From positions 480,001 through 512,000 of the forward strand of contig NC_003551.1 in assembly GCF_000007185.1 (NCBI RefSeq): a stretch of DNA of 32,000 bases, given 5' to 3'. This stretch comes from Methanopyrus kandleri AV19. GTDB lineage: Archaea > JAADCQ01 > Methanopyri > Methanopyrales > Methanopyraceae. Position 1 is the first letter of the stretch. Every line of letters begins with the position of its first letter. The translations under genes and the position numbers were made by a program. The notes beneath the pieces are model-generated. The model did not search any database. It saw nothing but the letters and a program-made list of their open reading frames with translations, and was not told the origin of the DNA. Positions 23,700 to 31,127 of this stretch are shown one piece after another.

Positions 23700-24623
23700 G
23701 TGTTGCGCAAGCTGATCCGAAGAATAGCAGGGGGCAAAGAGGAAGAGAATACCCGTGAGGGATCTCCCGAGAACGATCTCCCGGACCCCGAGGTCGTGGG
23801 TGAGTACCGCGAGGTTTACCTGACCCGCGCAACCGACGAACGTATCCGCGAGCACGGACAGGACGGAGGTACTACTACGGCGCTACTCGCCCACGCACTG
23901 GAGGAGGACACGGTGGAAGCCGTGATTGCCTCGTCGACAGTCGAGACATGGAAGCCCGAACCCGTAATAGTCACCGATCCCGACGAACTGATCGAGACCG
24001 CGGGATCGAAGTACGCGATTTCTCCGAACGTGAGTGCCCTCAACGAGGCCATAGCCTCCTACGACTCAGTCGCCCTCGTGGGCACGCCGTGTCAGATCAC
24101 CGCCGTAAAGAAGTCTAAAATGTACCCTTACGGCCTGGCTAACGTGACGGAGCGTGTGAAGCTAACCGTCGGCATCTTCTGCACCGAGAACTTCCAGTAC
24201 GAGAGCCTACTGAAGCTGCTCGAAGACATGGGTGTCGACGTCGAGAACGTCGAGCGTATGGACATCAGCCACGGTGAATTCATCGTACGCACTAAGAACG
24301 GTGATGTGCACTCGGTATCGGTTTCCAAGCTAGGCGATTACGCCAACGAGGCGTGTAACTACTGCACGGACTTCACGGCCGAGGACGCCGACATCAGCGT
24401 GGGATCCGTCGGCGCGCCGGATGGCTGGAACGTGGTTCTGGTCCGGACGAAAGAAGGCGAGAAGGTGTTCCGGTCCGCCGTAGACGCTGACGTCCTGGAA
24501 GTCAAAGATATCGGGGAAGGGGACCCGAACCTGCTCGAGCGCCTGGCCAGGGACAAGAAGGAACGCATTCACACCTCCATGTGTGCCACTTGGAGACCTT
24601 ATCACCCTACCGTTCCTCTCTAA
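23700..24623 (+). CDS. FrhB/FdhB-family F420-interacting FAD/FeS subunit homolog
   Basis: 307 aa. GQDGGTTTALLAHALEE, GSKYAISP, VALVGTPCQITAVKK, GIFCTENF and CNYCTDFTAEDADISVGSVG match FrhB N- and C-domain signatures. GTG 23700 gives a charged extension of about 30 aa; GTG 23796 is an alternative start. Confidence 0.85.
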   Translation: MLRKLIRRIAGGKEEENTREGSPENDLPDPEVVGEYREVYLTRATDERIREHGQDGGTTTALLAHALEEDTVEAVIASSTVETWKPEPVIVTDPDELIETAGSKYAISPNVSALNEAIASYDSVALVGTPCQITAVKKSKMYPYGLANVTERVKLTVGIFCTENFQYESLLKLLEDMGVDVENVERMDISHGEFIVRTKNGDVHSVSVSKLGDYANEACNYCTDFTAEDADISVGSVGAPDGWNVVLVRTKEGEKVFRSAVDADVLEVKDIGEGDPNLLERLARDKKERIHTSMCATWRPYHPTVPL

Positions 24624-24664
24624 CGTCATTTCACTATTTCTCCGAGTTCAAGGGGCCCAGAGCT

Positions 24665-25129
24665 GTGATCAAGCCACGAGATTTCCTGAGGTATTTCCTC
24701 TACTCTTACATCGTAACTTCCGCACAGCTGCTGGGAGATAAGGCCCCTACTCTACGGCGGATGGTATGCAAAAACGTGGTAAAGGCGTTGCTACGCGAGC
24801 ATCCGGAGCTGAAAGATGCCGAACCGGTGGAGCTTGTCAAAGATGTGGCGGAGAGCTTCCTAGGGGCCGACGTCAGGATAGAAGAGAAGTCAACGGAAAC
24901 CGTCGTACACGTGAGAGGGTGCAAGATCTGCCCACGCGATCTGATCGAAGAGTTTACAGGTGAGAACCCCGACCTGGAGGGTCCCGTCTTCAGCTACAAC
25001 GTGTGCGCGTTTGTGACCATGGTTGAGGAGATTCTGCACGCTCTGGGCCACATAGATTCCGACATCAAGCATGACCCAATCAAACGCGGGCGCTGCCGCG
25101 TAATCGTCAGGCCTAAGGGCACGGACTGA
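24665..25129 (+). CDS. Small stand-alone V4R-like domain protein
   Basis: The ORF is open from 24581; GTG 24665 or ATG 24761 are plausible starts. LLGDKAPTLRRMVCKNVVKAL...VVHVRGCKICPRD...NVCAFVTMVEEIL...RGRCRVIVRP resembles the V4R pattern (helical N-part, then C-x2-C ... C ... C in beta strands). Assigned by eye. Confidence 0.55.
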   Translation: MIKPRDFLRYFLYSYIVTSAQLLGDKAPTLRRMVCKNVVKALLREHPELKDAEPVELVKDVAESFLGADVRIEEKSTETVVHVRGCKICPRDLIEEFTGENPDLEGPVFSYNVCAFVTMVEEILHALGHIDSDIKHDPIKRGRCRVIVRPKGTD

Positions 25130-25143
25130 AACGGGGTCTTCAA

Positions 25144-25872
25144 TTGACCGTCCCGACGTTCCTTCGCAAGGTGACCCTGCGTGAGATCTGTGTCATTGAG
25201 GAGTACGTGGACGTCCAATACAGGGCTATCGAAGCGTTGATGGACACACTACCTTCGACCGACCTCGTCCGGCTGACCGTAGCCAATGCTCTCGTCAGCT
25301 ATCAGCTCTCGAGCTCTGGAGAGGATTGGTGGCGTGAGTTCTCCAGCTACTTCCGTGAACGTCGTCCGAGGGACATCGTTCGAGAGTACGCCCGGTTCCT
25401 TCCCCGCTCTAGGGGCAATCGGAGGCTCATCCGTCAGAAGCTCCGCCGCCTCCATCGTGCTAAGGCCTTTCTAGAGGAGTTATCCTGGCAGGACGCGAAA
25501 TCGTACTACCGTGACATGAACCGGTTACGCCTTGACCTTGCTCGGGTCCTCAACGCCGATCCCGAGTCTAAGACGATCGTGTTCACGGTCAAGATGTTCG
25601 GGTACGCACTAAGGGCGATAACGGGTAGGTTTCGTCCTTATCCGTTCGAGATTCCGATTCCTGTGGACGCGAGGATCGAACGAATCACCCGAAGGATCAC
25701 GAACGATGATCCACAACTGTACTGGGACTCGATCGCACGGCGGACAGGCATCCCACCACTACACCTTGACTCGATCCTATGGGTCGGGACGAGTCGGGAT
25801 CCAGAGGTAAAGAGACTGCTGGCAAAAGTCTTACCGAAGCTTATAGGGGAACTGGAGATGTTGGGCAATTGA
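25144..25872 (+). CDS. agog: Archaeal 8-oxoguanine DNA glycosylase / N-glycosylase-DNA lyase (AGOG family)
   Basis: 242 aa, TTG start. ANALVSYQLSSSGEDWWREF, KTIVFTVKMFGYA, IPIPVDARIERIT and PPLHLDSILW follow the AGOG (Pyrobaculum Pa-AGOG type) HhH pattern as I recall it. Confidence 0.8.
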   Translation: MTVPTFLRKVTLREICVIEEYVDVQYRAIEALMDTLPSTDLVRLTVANALVSYQLSSSGEDWWREFSSYFRERRPRDIVREYARFLPRSRGNRRLIRQKLRRLHRAKAFLEELSWQDAKSYYRDMNRLRLDLARVLNADPESKTIVFTVKMFGYALRAITGRFRPYPFEIPIPVDARIERITRRITNDDPQLYWDSIARRTGIPPLHLDSILWVGTSRDPEVKRLLAKVLPKLIGELEMLGN

Positions 25873-25917
25873 ACCTGGATCCTGTGCGCGGTATCGATCG
25901 GCGGACGGTTGTGCAGG

Positions 25918-25931
25918 ATTTAACATTTAAC
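25918..25931 (+). repeat. Tandem ATTTAAC x2 (TATA-like) upstream of the MsvR-like gene
   Basis: ATTTAACATTTAAC at 25918-25931. A related TGTTAACC box preceded by T6 lies at 25981-25993. Either could be the promoter, but I cannot assign it. Confidence 0.4.
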
Positions 25932-26097
25932 CATAAGTGATCCGAGAGGACGGAACGACTCGCGACGTATTGGAGGCGATTTTTTGTTAACCTAACGATG
26001 ACGAGCTCGGGGTTCGGTTCGGGCAGACAAAGTACGGTCGGTGGGGGGTCCGAGCTGGTACGGCCCGGCAGTCAGAACCTTCGAGGGGACCCGAGCT

Positions 26098-26835
26098 ATG
26101 AAACTGGTGATCGACGTACCGAAGGAGATCGCTAAGGCCTTGGACAGCAAAACACGACGTGAAATCCTGAAACTGCTGGAAGAACGCGGCTCGATGACGA
26201 TATCGGACATCGCCAGGGAGCTGAACCTGTCCAAATCAACTGTCCATCACCATTTACAGGAACTCCGAAAGGCCGGTCTCGTGGACGTCATCAAAGAGGA
26301 TCGCGAAACTCCCCTCCCGAAGCGCTACTACGGGCTCGTGAGAAGACTCGTCCGAGTATCGAAGCCGAAGCTTGAAGATGCCTCCGAGTATGTCATAAAA
26401 GCCCTAGAACGTGGGGAGGACCTGAGAACATCGATGTTCCTAGCGATCGCGGCAGCGTATCGCGCGGTGTTGGAGTCCCTGGGTATCGACGCCTCGGAGG
26501 TCCTGTACGAGCTCGGAAAGGAGATCGGTAAGCGACTCGCGGAACTAGGATCCGAAGAGACCGTGCTGCGGAAGGGCTTGGAGATCATAGCCGAGTCAGT
26601 AGAATTCCGTCAGGAGAACGACCGTGTGGTGGTCGAGATTGAAGGATGCCACGAGTGTTCCGACCTACCCTACGGTCCCGCATGTCATTTGGAGGCGGGA
26701 ATCATAGCCGGTGTTCTGTCGAACCTGAGGGAACGACCTTACGAAGTCCGGGAGGTGGAGTGCTGCGGGGAAGGCGCTGATAGATGCGTGTTCGTGGCGG
26801 AACCAGCTACTGACGAAGAACGCCCCAAGTCCTAG
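26098..26835 (+). CDS. msvR: ArsR-type wHTH + C-terminal V4R domain transcription regulator (MsvR family-like)
   Basis: ATG 26098 (MKLVIDVPKEIAKALDSKTRREILKLLEERGSMTISDIARELNLSKSTVHHHLQELRKAGLV) is an ArsR HTH. The C-terminus VVEIEGCHECSDLPYGPACHLEAGIIAGVL...VECCGEGADRCVFVAEP is a V4R domain. The ORF is open from GTG 26041. Confidence 0.8.
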   Translation: MKLVIDVPKEIAKALDSKTRREILKLLEERGSMTISDIARELNLSKSTVHHHLQELRKAGLVDVIKEDRETPLPKRYYGLVRRLVRVSKPKLEDASEYVIKALERGEDLRTSMFLAIAAAYRAVLESLGIDASEVLYELGKEIGKRLAELGSEETVLRKGLEIIAESVEFRQENDRVVVEIEGCHECSDLPYGPACHLEAGIIAGVLSNLRERPYEVREVECCGEGADRCVFVAEPATDEERPKS

Positions 26836-27148
26836 TGACTTTAGACACTCCTTCTACCCAGGCGACCAAGGCTAACGTGGCGGCTATCTCTTCGTCGGTC
26901 ACTTCGGCGACGTTCTTCGCCGTCTCGGCTATGAGGCCTACTCTACGCTCGTCTCCGGCAGCCGCCGCCAAAGCGAGGGCGATGAGATGCTTCGTCTTGT
27001 CGTCCAACGGAGACTCCTTCCATATTATTCTATGCAGCTCCTCAACGACCTCCGCGTACTCATCTCCCAACATCTCTTCGGCATACTTCACAGCTATCAG
27101 ACCTTTTTCGTCCTCCTCCTTGGCCGGTTCACCGGGCTTCCGGGACAA
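26807..27148 (-). CDS. Carboxymuconolactone decarboxylase / AhpD-like family protein
   Basis: 113 aa, TTG start. SPLDDKTKHLIALALAAAAG...VTDEEIAATLALVAWVEG is the CMD-domain pattern. There is no CxxC. It overlaps the convergent MsvR-like gene by 29 nt. Confidence 0.75.
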   Translation of the reverse strand: MSRKPGEPAKEEDEKGLIAVKYAEEMLGDEYAEVVEELHRIIWKESPLDDKTKHLIALALAAAAGDERRVGLIAETAKNVAEVTDEEIAATLALVAWVEGVSKVTRTWGVLRQ

Positions 27149-27395
27149 CGGCAGCCCTTCATACTAGTTGGACAGGGCTTAAACGAGGAGCGTATTCGAT
27201 CAGAGTCGGAAATCTTTAATTCCTTCAGATGTCTAGGACCCGCGCATTCGAATCCTGTAATGCCCTCGGATCTGGACGCCAGGACAACTCGAGGTGAGGT
27301 GTTGGGCACTTCCGGCAGTGAGTGAACACTTCTTCCCCCACGTGGGTCCGATGATGCTATCAGATTGTTCCCGAGGTCCGACCGGGGCCGGCTAA

Positions 27396-29270
27396 GTGAG
27401 GTTACTGTTCATTCACGCGGACGAGATGTCGTTCGAGGCGAGGCAGAAGACCAAGATCGCCGAGGAAGAGCCGCCTATTAAGGAAGCGGAAGTTGAGGAC
27501 TGTCTGGTAGTCTTCGCGGCGGTCCAAGAAGCTGATGAAGAGAATCCAAAGGCCATCGCCGAGGCGGCCGTAGAGGAGATCGAAGACGTTGCGGGTGAAT
27601 TGAAGGCCGACAGGATAGTCTTGTACCCGTACGCTCATCTAGCCGACGATCTCGCTTCCCCGGACGTGGCCGTCGAGGTTCTGAAGAGAATGGAAGGGCT
27701 CCTGAAGGAGCGCGGGTACGAGGTCGTGAGAGCCCCCTTCGGGTGGTACAAGGCATTCCGATTGGCGTGCAAGGGGCATCCACTCTCGGAGCTCTCCAGG
27801 ACGGTAACCCCCGAGGCCGCCGAGGAAGCTGAGGAGGAGAAGATCGAGTCCGAGTTCTTGGTGTACATGGACGGGGAATTGATACCGGTAGAAGAAGTGG
27901 ATCTCTCGGAACTTCCCGAGGACTTCAGGCACCTAGTGATGCACGAGTTGGGTGAAGAGCGTGAAACGGGCGACGAAGAGCCCGCACACGTGAAGCTGAT
28001 GCGGGAGAAGGAAATCTGCGACCACGAGCCGGCAGCGGACGTTGGACACGTACGGTGGTACCCGAAGGGTCACGTGGTCAGGAGATGCCTGGCGGAGTAC
28101 GTGGAGAACCTCATGGCCGATCTAGGAGCGGCGGTCGTCGAGACACCCGTGATGTACGATCTGAGTGAGGACGCTATCCGGGAGCACGCCGACAAGTTCG
28201 GGGAGCGACAGTATCGGATAAGGGCTGGAAACCGGGCACTGATGCTGAGGTACGCGGCCTGCTTCGGAGCCTTCAGGCTACTAGCGGACACCACGCTCAG
28301 CCGGCGTCACCTACCCTTGAAGATCTACGAACTATCACAAAGCTTCAGGTTAGAGCAGAGTGGTGAGGTGGTCGGACTGAAGCGGTTACGGGCGTTCACT
28401 ATGCCCGATCTCCACACCGTTTGCGCCGACATGGACGAGGCCGTGGAAGAGTTCCTCGAGCAAGCGAAACTATGCTTGGAGGTAGGGCTGGACCTCGGGT
28501 TGGAATATGAGGTAGTGTTCAGGACCACGGAGAAGTTCCTGAAGGAGAGGAAAGAAGTCCTAGAGGAACTGGCCGAGGCCATGGAAAAAGCGTACGGTGA
28601 CGCGAAGCCCGTACTGGTGGAGGTACTGCCGGAACGTAAACACTACTGGGAATGTAAGGTGGACTTCGCGTTCATTGATAGCCTCGGAAGACCCATCGAG
28701 AACCCGACGGTACAGATCGACGTCGAGAGTGGGAGGCGCTTCGGAATCACGTACGCGGACGAGTCGGGCGATGAACGTCATCCAGTGATATTACACTGCT
28801 CACCGACAGGGAGCCTTGAACGTGTAATATGCGCGATCCTCGAGGGCCAGTACAAGCGGTTCGAGCAGGAGGGTAAGCTGCCAACTCTACCGACGTGGCT
28901 GTCGCCGGTACAGGCGCGTGTGATTCCGGTTTCAGAGAAAGTGCTGGAAGAAGCTGAGAAAGTCTTCGAAGAGCTGAAAAGTGAGGGGTTCCGAGTCGAC
29001 CTGGACGACCGCGATGAGCCGGTGGGACGTAAGATCCGAGATGCGGGTGAGGAGTGGGTACCGTACGTCATCGTGATTGGTGAGGAGGAAGTGAAGAAAG
29101 GCACGCTCTCGGTAACGATACGGGAGGAATCCACGTTGAAAGAACAGCGGCGTGAAGAGATGACGTTAGAGGAGCTCGTAGAGCGGTTGGAGCGCGAAAC
29201 GGAGGGCAAACCGAGGGTCCCACTAACGATACCGGATCGCCTCAGTCGGCGTCCGCGGTTCGGCAGGTAA
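27396..29270 (+). CDS. thrS: Threonyl-tRNA synthetase, archaeal type with N-terminal DTD-like editing domain
   Basis: 624 aa. GTG follows directly after an in-frame TAA. MRLLFIHADEMSFE... is the archaeal editing domain. Class II core: FRLEQSGEVVGLKRLRAFTMPD (motif 2), then HCSPTGSLERV, then an anticodon-binding domain. Confidence 0.95.
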   Translation: MRLLFIHADEMSFEARQKTKIAEEEPPIKEAEVEDCLVVFAAVQEADEENPKAIAEAAVEEIEDVAGELKADRIVLYPYAHLADDLASPDVAVEVLKRMEGLLKERGYEVVRAPFGWYKAFRLACKGHPLSELSRTVTPEAAEEAEEEKIESEFLVYMDGELIPVEEVDLSELPEDFRHLVMHELGEERETGDEEPAHVKLMREKEICDHEPAADVGHVRWYPKGHVVRRCLAEYVENLMADLGAAVVETPVMYDLSEDAIREHADKFGERQYRIRAGNRALMLRYAACFGAFRLLADTTLSRRHLPLKIYELSQSFRLEQSGEVVGLKRLRAFTMPDLHTVCADMDEAVEEFLEQAKLCLEVGLDLGLEYEVVFRTTEKFLKERKEVLEELAEAMEKAYGDAKPVLVEVLPERKHYWECKVDFAFIDSLGRPIENPTVQIDVESGRRFGITYADESGDERHPVILHCSPTGSLERVICAILEGQYKRFEQEGKLPTLPTWLSPVQARVIPVSEKVLEEAEKVFEELKSEGFRVDLDDRDEPVGRKIRDAGEEWVPYVIVIGEEEVKKGTLSVTIREESTLKEQRREEMTLEELVERLERETEGKPRVPLTIPDRLSRRPRFGR

Positions 29271-29271
29271 C

Positions 29272-29805
29272 TCACGTCTCCCTCTCCATCGCCACAATAC
29301 CCGTCCTAGCGATTTCGACGATGTTACCGATATCCTTCATCAACTCAAGGAGGGATTCGACATCCTGCGGCTCTCCCACGATCTCTACGGTGATAGTCTC
29401 CCGGCCCACATCGACCACCTCGGCGCCCGCGGCCCGAGCCAACTCGGCCGCCCTCGCACGGTCCTTCGTCCTGATCTTGACCAGCGCTAACTGCCGCTCC
29501 ACAGTGCGTTCTGGGTCCAGCTCCGAGACCTTGATAACGTCGACGAGCTTGTTGAGCTGCTTGACTACTTGCTCGATCGTTTGCTCGTTTCCTTTTACTG
29601 TAAGCGTCATCCTGGCCAACCCTTCCCGCTCTGAGGGTCCTTCGGCGATAGAGTCGATATTGAACCCACGTCTCCTGAAAAGTCCCGACACACGTTGCAT
29701 GACACCGGGCCGATCCTTTACGAGCACCGAGAGTACGCGACGCTTGGACAACTCACATCCCCCCTTAACTAGCAGGCGCGTGCTTATTTCACGGACAGCC
29801 CCCAC
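29272..29805 (-). CDS. ilvN: Acetolactate synthase small (regulatory) subunit
   Basis: ACT domain RVLSVLVKDRPGVMQRVSGLFRRRGFNIDSI plus the C-terminal ACT-like domain. The likely true start is TTG 29751 (LSKRRVLSVLV), and the ORF-track ATG 29805 adds 18 atypical residues. Confidence 0.9.
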   Translation of the reverse strand: MGAVREISTRLLVKGGCELSKRRVLSVLVKDRPGVMQRVSGLFRRRGFNIDSIAEGPSEREGLARMTLTVKGNEQTIEQVVKQLNKLVDVIKVSELDPERTVERQLALVKIRTKDRARAAELARAAGAEVVDVGRETITVEIVGEPQDVESLLELMKDIGNIVEIARTGIVAMERET

Positions 29806-29916
29806 CTAAGGATGGGGATGATGGAGGCCCTCCCTAGCCGAGGGAACCGATGAGGATCCAGCCCTTTCGCCGACCCCCCAGTGAAATGCTGTCCGGAGGA
29901 GAACGGGGGGACCCGC

Positions 29917-30690
29917 TTGAAGAAACCCGTCGACGCTCACTGTCATCTTTGCTTCAAATACTTCAAAGGCGAGGAAGACGAAGTGGTAGAACGGTCACGG
30001 AAGAAGGTGTTACGCGTGTACGACTGCGGGGCTACCCCTGGAACCGCACGGCGAACCCTGGAGTTAGCGGAGAGATTCGAGGGGTTCGTGTTCTCCACGA
30101 TCGGGCTCCATCCCCCACGAGCGCCGAGGATGCAGCAGAGCGTCATCGATGACGTGGTCCGAATTATCCGTGAGCACGCCGACAGGATCGCGGCAATTGG
30201 AGAGATAGGTCTTGACTACCACTACGTGAAGGAACCCGGAGAGCGCAGGAGGATGCGAGAGGTCTTCGAGAGGTTCCTGAAGCTCGCGGAAGAGCTCGAC
30301 AAGCCGGTAGTGATTCACGCCAGGGATGCGGAAGAGCACGCCCTCGAGGTCCTAGAGGACTACGACGTAGTCGCCATGTTCCACTGCTACGACGGACCGG
30401 CCGAGCTCGCCCGGCGTATCGCGGACGCCGGCCACTACGTTTCACTGTCGACGATTCACGTCATTCGTGGACCGAAGGATGAGAGAACGCGGGAACTGCT
30501 GGAGACTGTACCGTTGGAAGCGGCACTTACGGAGACGGACAGCCCATACCTGTCACCGGTGCGGGGAGAACGCAACGAGCCTCGGAACGTGTGGAGGGTA
30601 ATAGAGTTGCTCGCGCGGGTGAAGGGAGTCCCCGTCGGCGAGGTAGTTGAGACCACGGCGCGTAACGCGCTGGAGTTCTACGATCTATGA
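29917..30690 (+). CDS. tatD: TatD-family metal-dependent hydrolase / DNase (COG0084 type)
   Basis: The ORF is open from GTG 29881. TTG 29917 gives (M)KKPVDAHCHL, the usual TatD opening. It also has AIGEIGLDYHY, PVVIHARDA, MFHCY and TETDSPYL. Confidence 0.85.
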   Translation: MKKPVDAHCHLCFKYFKGEEDEVVERSRKKVLRVYDCGATPGTARRTLELAERFEGFVFSTIGLHPPRAPRMQQSVIDDVVRIIREHADRIAAIGEIGLDYHYVKEPGERRRMREVFERFLKLAEELDKPVVIHARDAEEHALEVLEDYDVVAMFHCYDGPAELARRIADAGHYVSLSTIHVIRGPKDERTRELLETVPLEAALTETDSPYLSPVRGERNEPRNVWRVIELLARVKGVPVGEVVETTARNALEFYDL

Positions 30691-30698
30691 GGAGAAAA

Positions 30699-30709
30699 TT
30701 TTAAATATA
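30699..30709 (+). promoter_or_regulatory. Strong TATA box (TTTTAAATATA) for the 5S rRNA gene
   Basis: It lies about 22-32 nt upstream of the predicted 5S 5' end (30731), which is canonical archaeal TATA-to-TSS spacing. Confidence 0.6.
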
Positions 30710-30730
30710 ACCCACCTAGCGTGCGGTTGT

Positions 30731-30853
30731 GGCGGCGGCCACAGCGGCCGGGGCCACACCCGGGCCACATCTCGAACCCGGAAGTTAAGCCCGGCCGCGT
30801 CCCGGGTGGTACTGCGCTCCGAGAGGGCGCGGGAAGCCCGGGATGCCGCCGCC
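30731..30853 (+). rRNA. rrf: 5S ribosomal RNA
   Basis: GGCGGCGGCCACAGCGGCCGGGGCCACACCCGGGCCACATCTCGAACCCGGAAGTTAAGCCCGGCCGCGTCCCGGGTGGTACTGCGCTCCGAGAGGGCGCGGGAAGCCCGGGATGCCGCCGCC. Helix I is a perfect 9-bp pairing (30731-30739 with 30845-30853). It has the conserved CCACACCCGG, CGAACCCGGAAGTTAAGC, GTACTG and GGGAA elements of archaeal 5S. The ends are accurate to about 3 nt. Confidence 0.92.
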
Positions 30854-30868
30854 GTCCCCCAAATTGTT

Positions 30869-31126
30869 ATGAATCTTAAAACGATGGGGGGCGAGCCGTT
30901 GAGGAAAACGAACCTGGCCGCGCTGGTCTCCGCCGTAGCGCTCCTTGGCGCGTTGGTGTTGGCCTTCGCCGGCGGTCCTAGGTGGCCCGTCGGGGTGTTA
31001 GCCCTAATAGTAGGTGGGTTAGACGTTATGATCTCGTTCCGGCGCGGCGGGGACAGGGTCCTCGGCCTGATGGGATTTCTACTGTTGATGGTAGGTATAG
31101 CCGTGCTAACGGGCAGGGTGAGATAG
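30869..31126 (+). CDS. Small hypothetical membrane protein
   Basis: This is the downstream part of ORF 30647-31126; the upstream part is the 5S rRNA gene. ATG 30869 gives 85 aa with 2-3 TM helices (LAALVSAVALLGALVLAF, VGVLALIVGGL, GLMGFLLLMVGIAVL). Its stop is 1 nt before the amzA start. Confidence 0.5.
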   Translation: MNLKTMGGEPLRKTNLAALVSAVALLGALVLAFAGGPRWPVGVLALIVGGLDVMISFRRGGDRVLGLMGFLLLMVGIAVLTGRVR

Positions 31127-31127
31127 T

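Noticed and set aside
27247-27255. TTCGAATCC, a tRNA T-loop-like sequence suggesting a tRNA gene
   Set aside because: The flanking bases cannot form a 5-bp T stem (GCGCA versus CCTGT). No acceptor, D or anticodon arms can be drawn on either strand.
27349-27366. C-box-like CGATGATGC followed by CAGA; also ATGATGG / GATGAGGA at 29818-29856 (possible C/D box sRNAs)
   Set aside because: The C boxes are imperfect. No CUGA D or D' boxes occur at the required ~12-nt guide spacing on either strand, and there is no terminal stem. The evidence is too weak to call an sRNA.
30647-30868. 5' part of the 159-aa ORF 30647-31126
   Set aside because: This segment is the 5S rRNA gene and its promoter. Its translation (CGCGGGHSGRGHTRATSRTRKLSPAASR...) is an artefact. 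Only the hydrophobic part from ATG 30869 is kept as a possible CDS.
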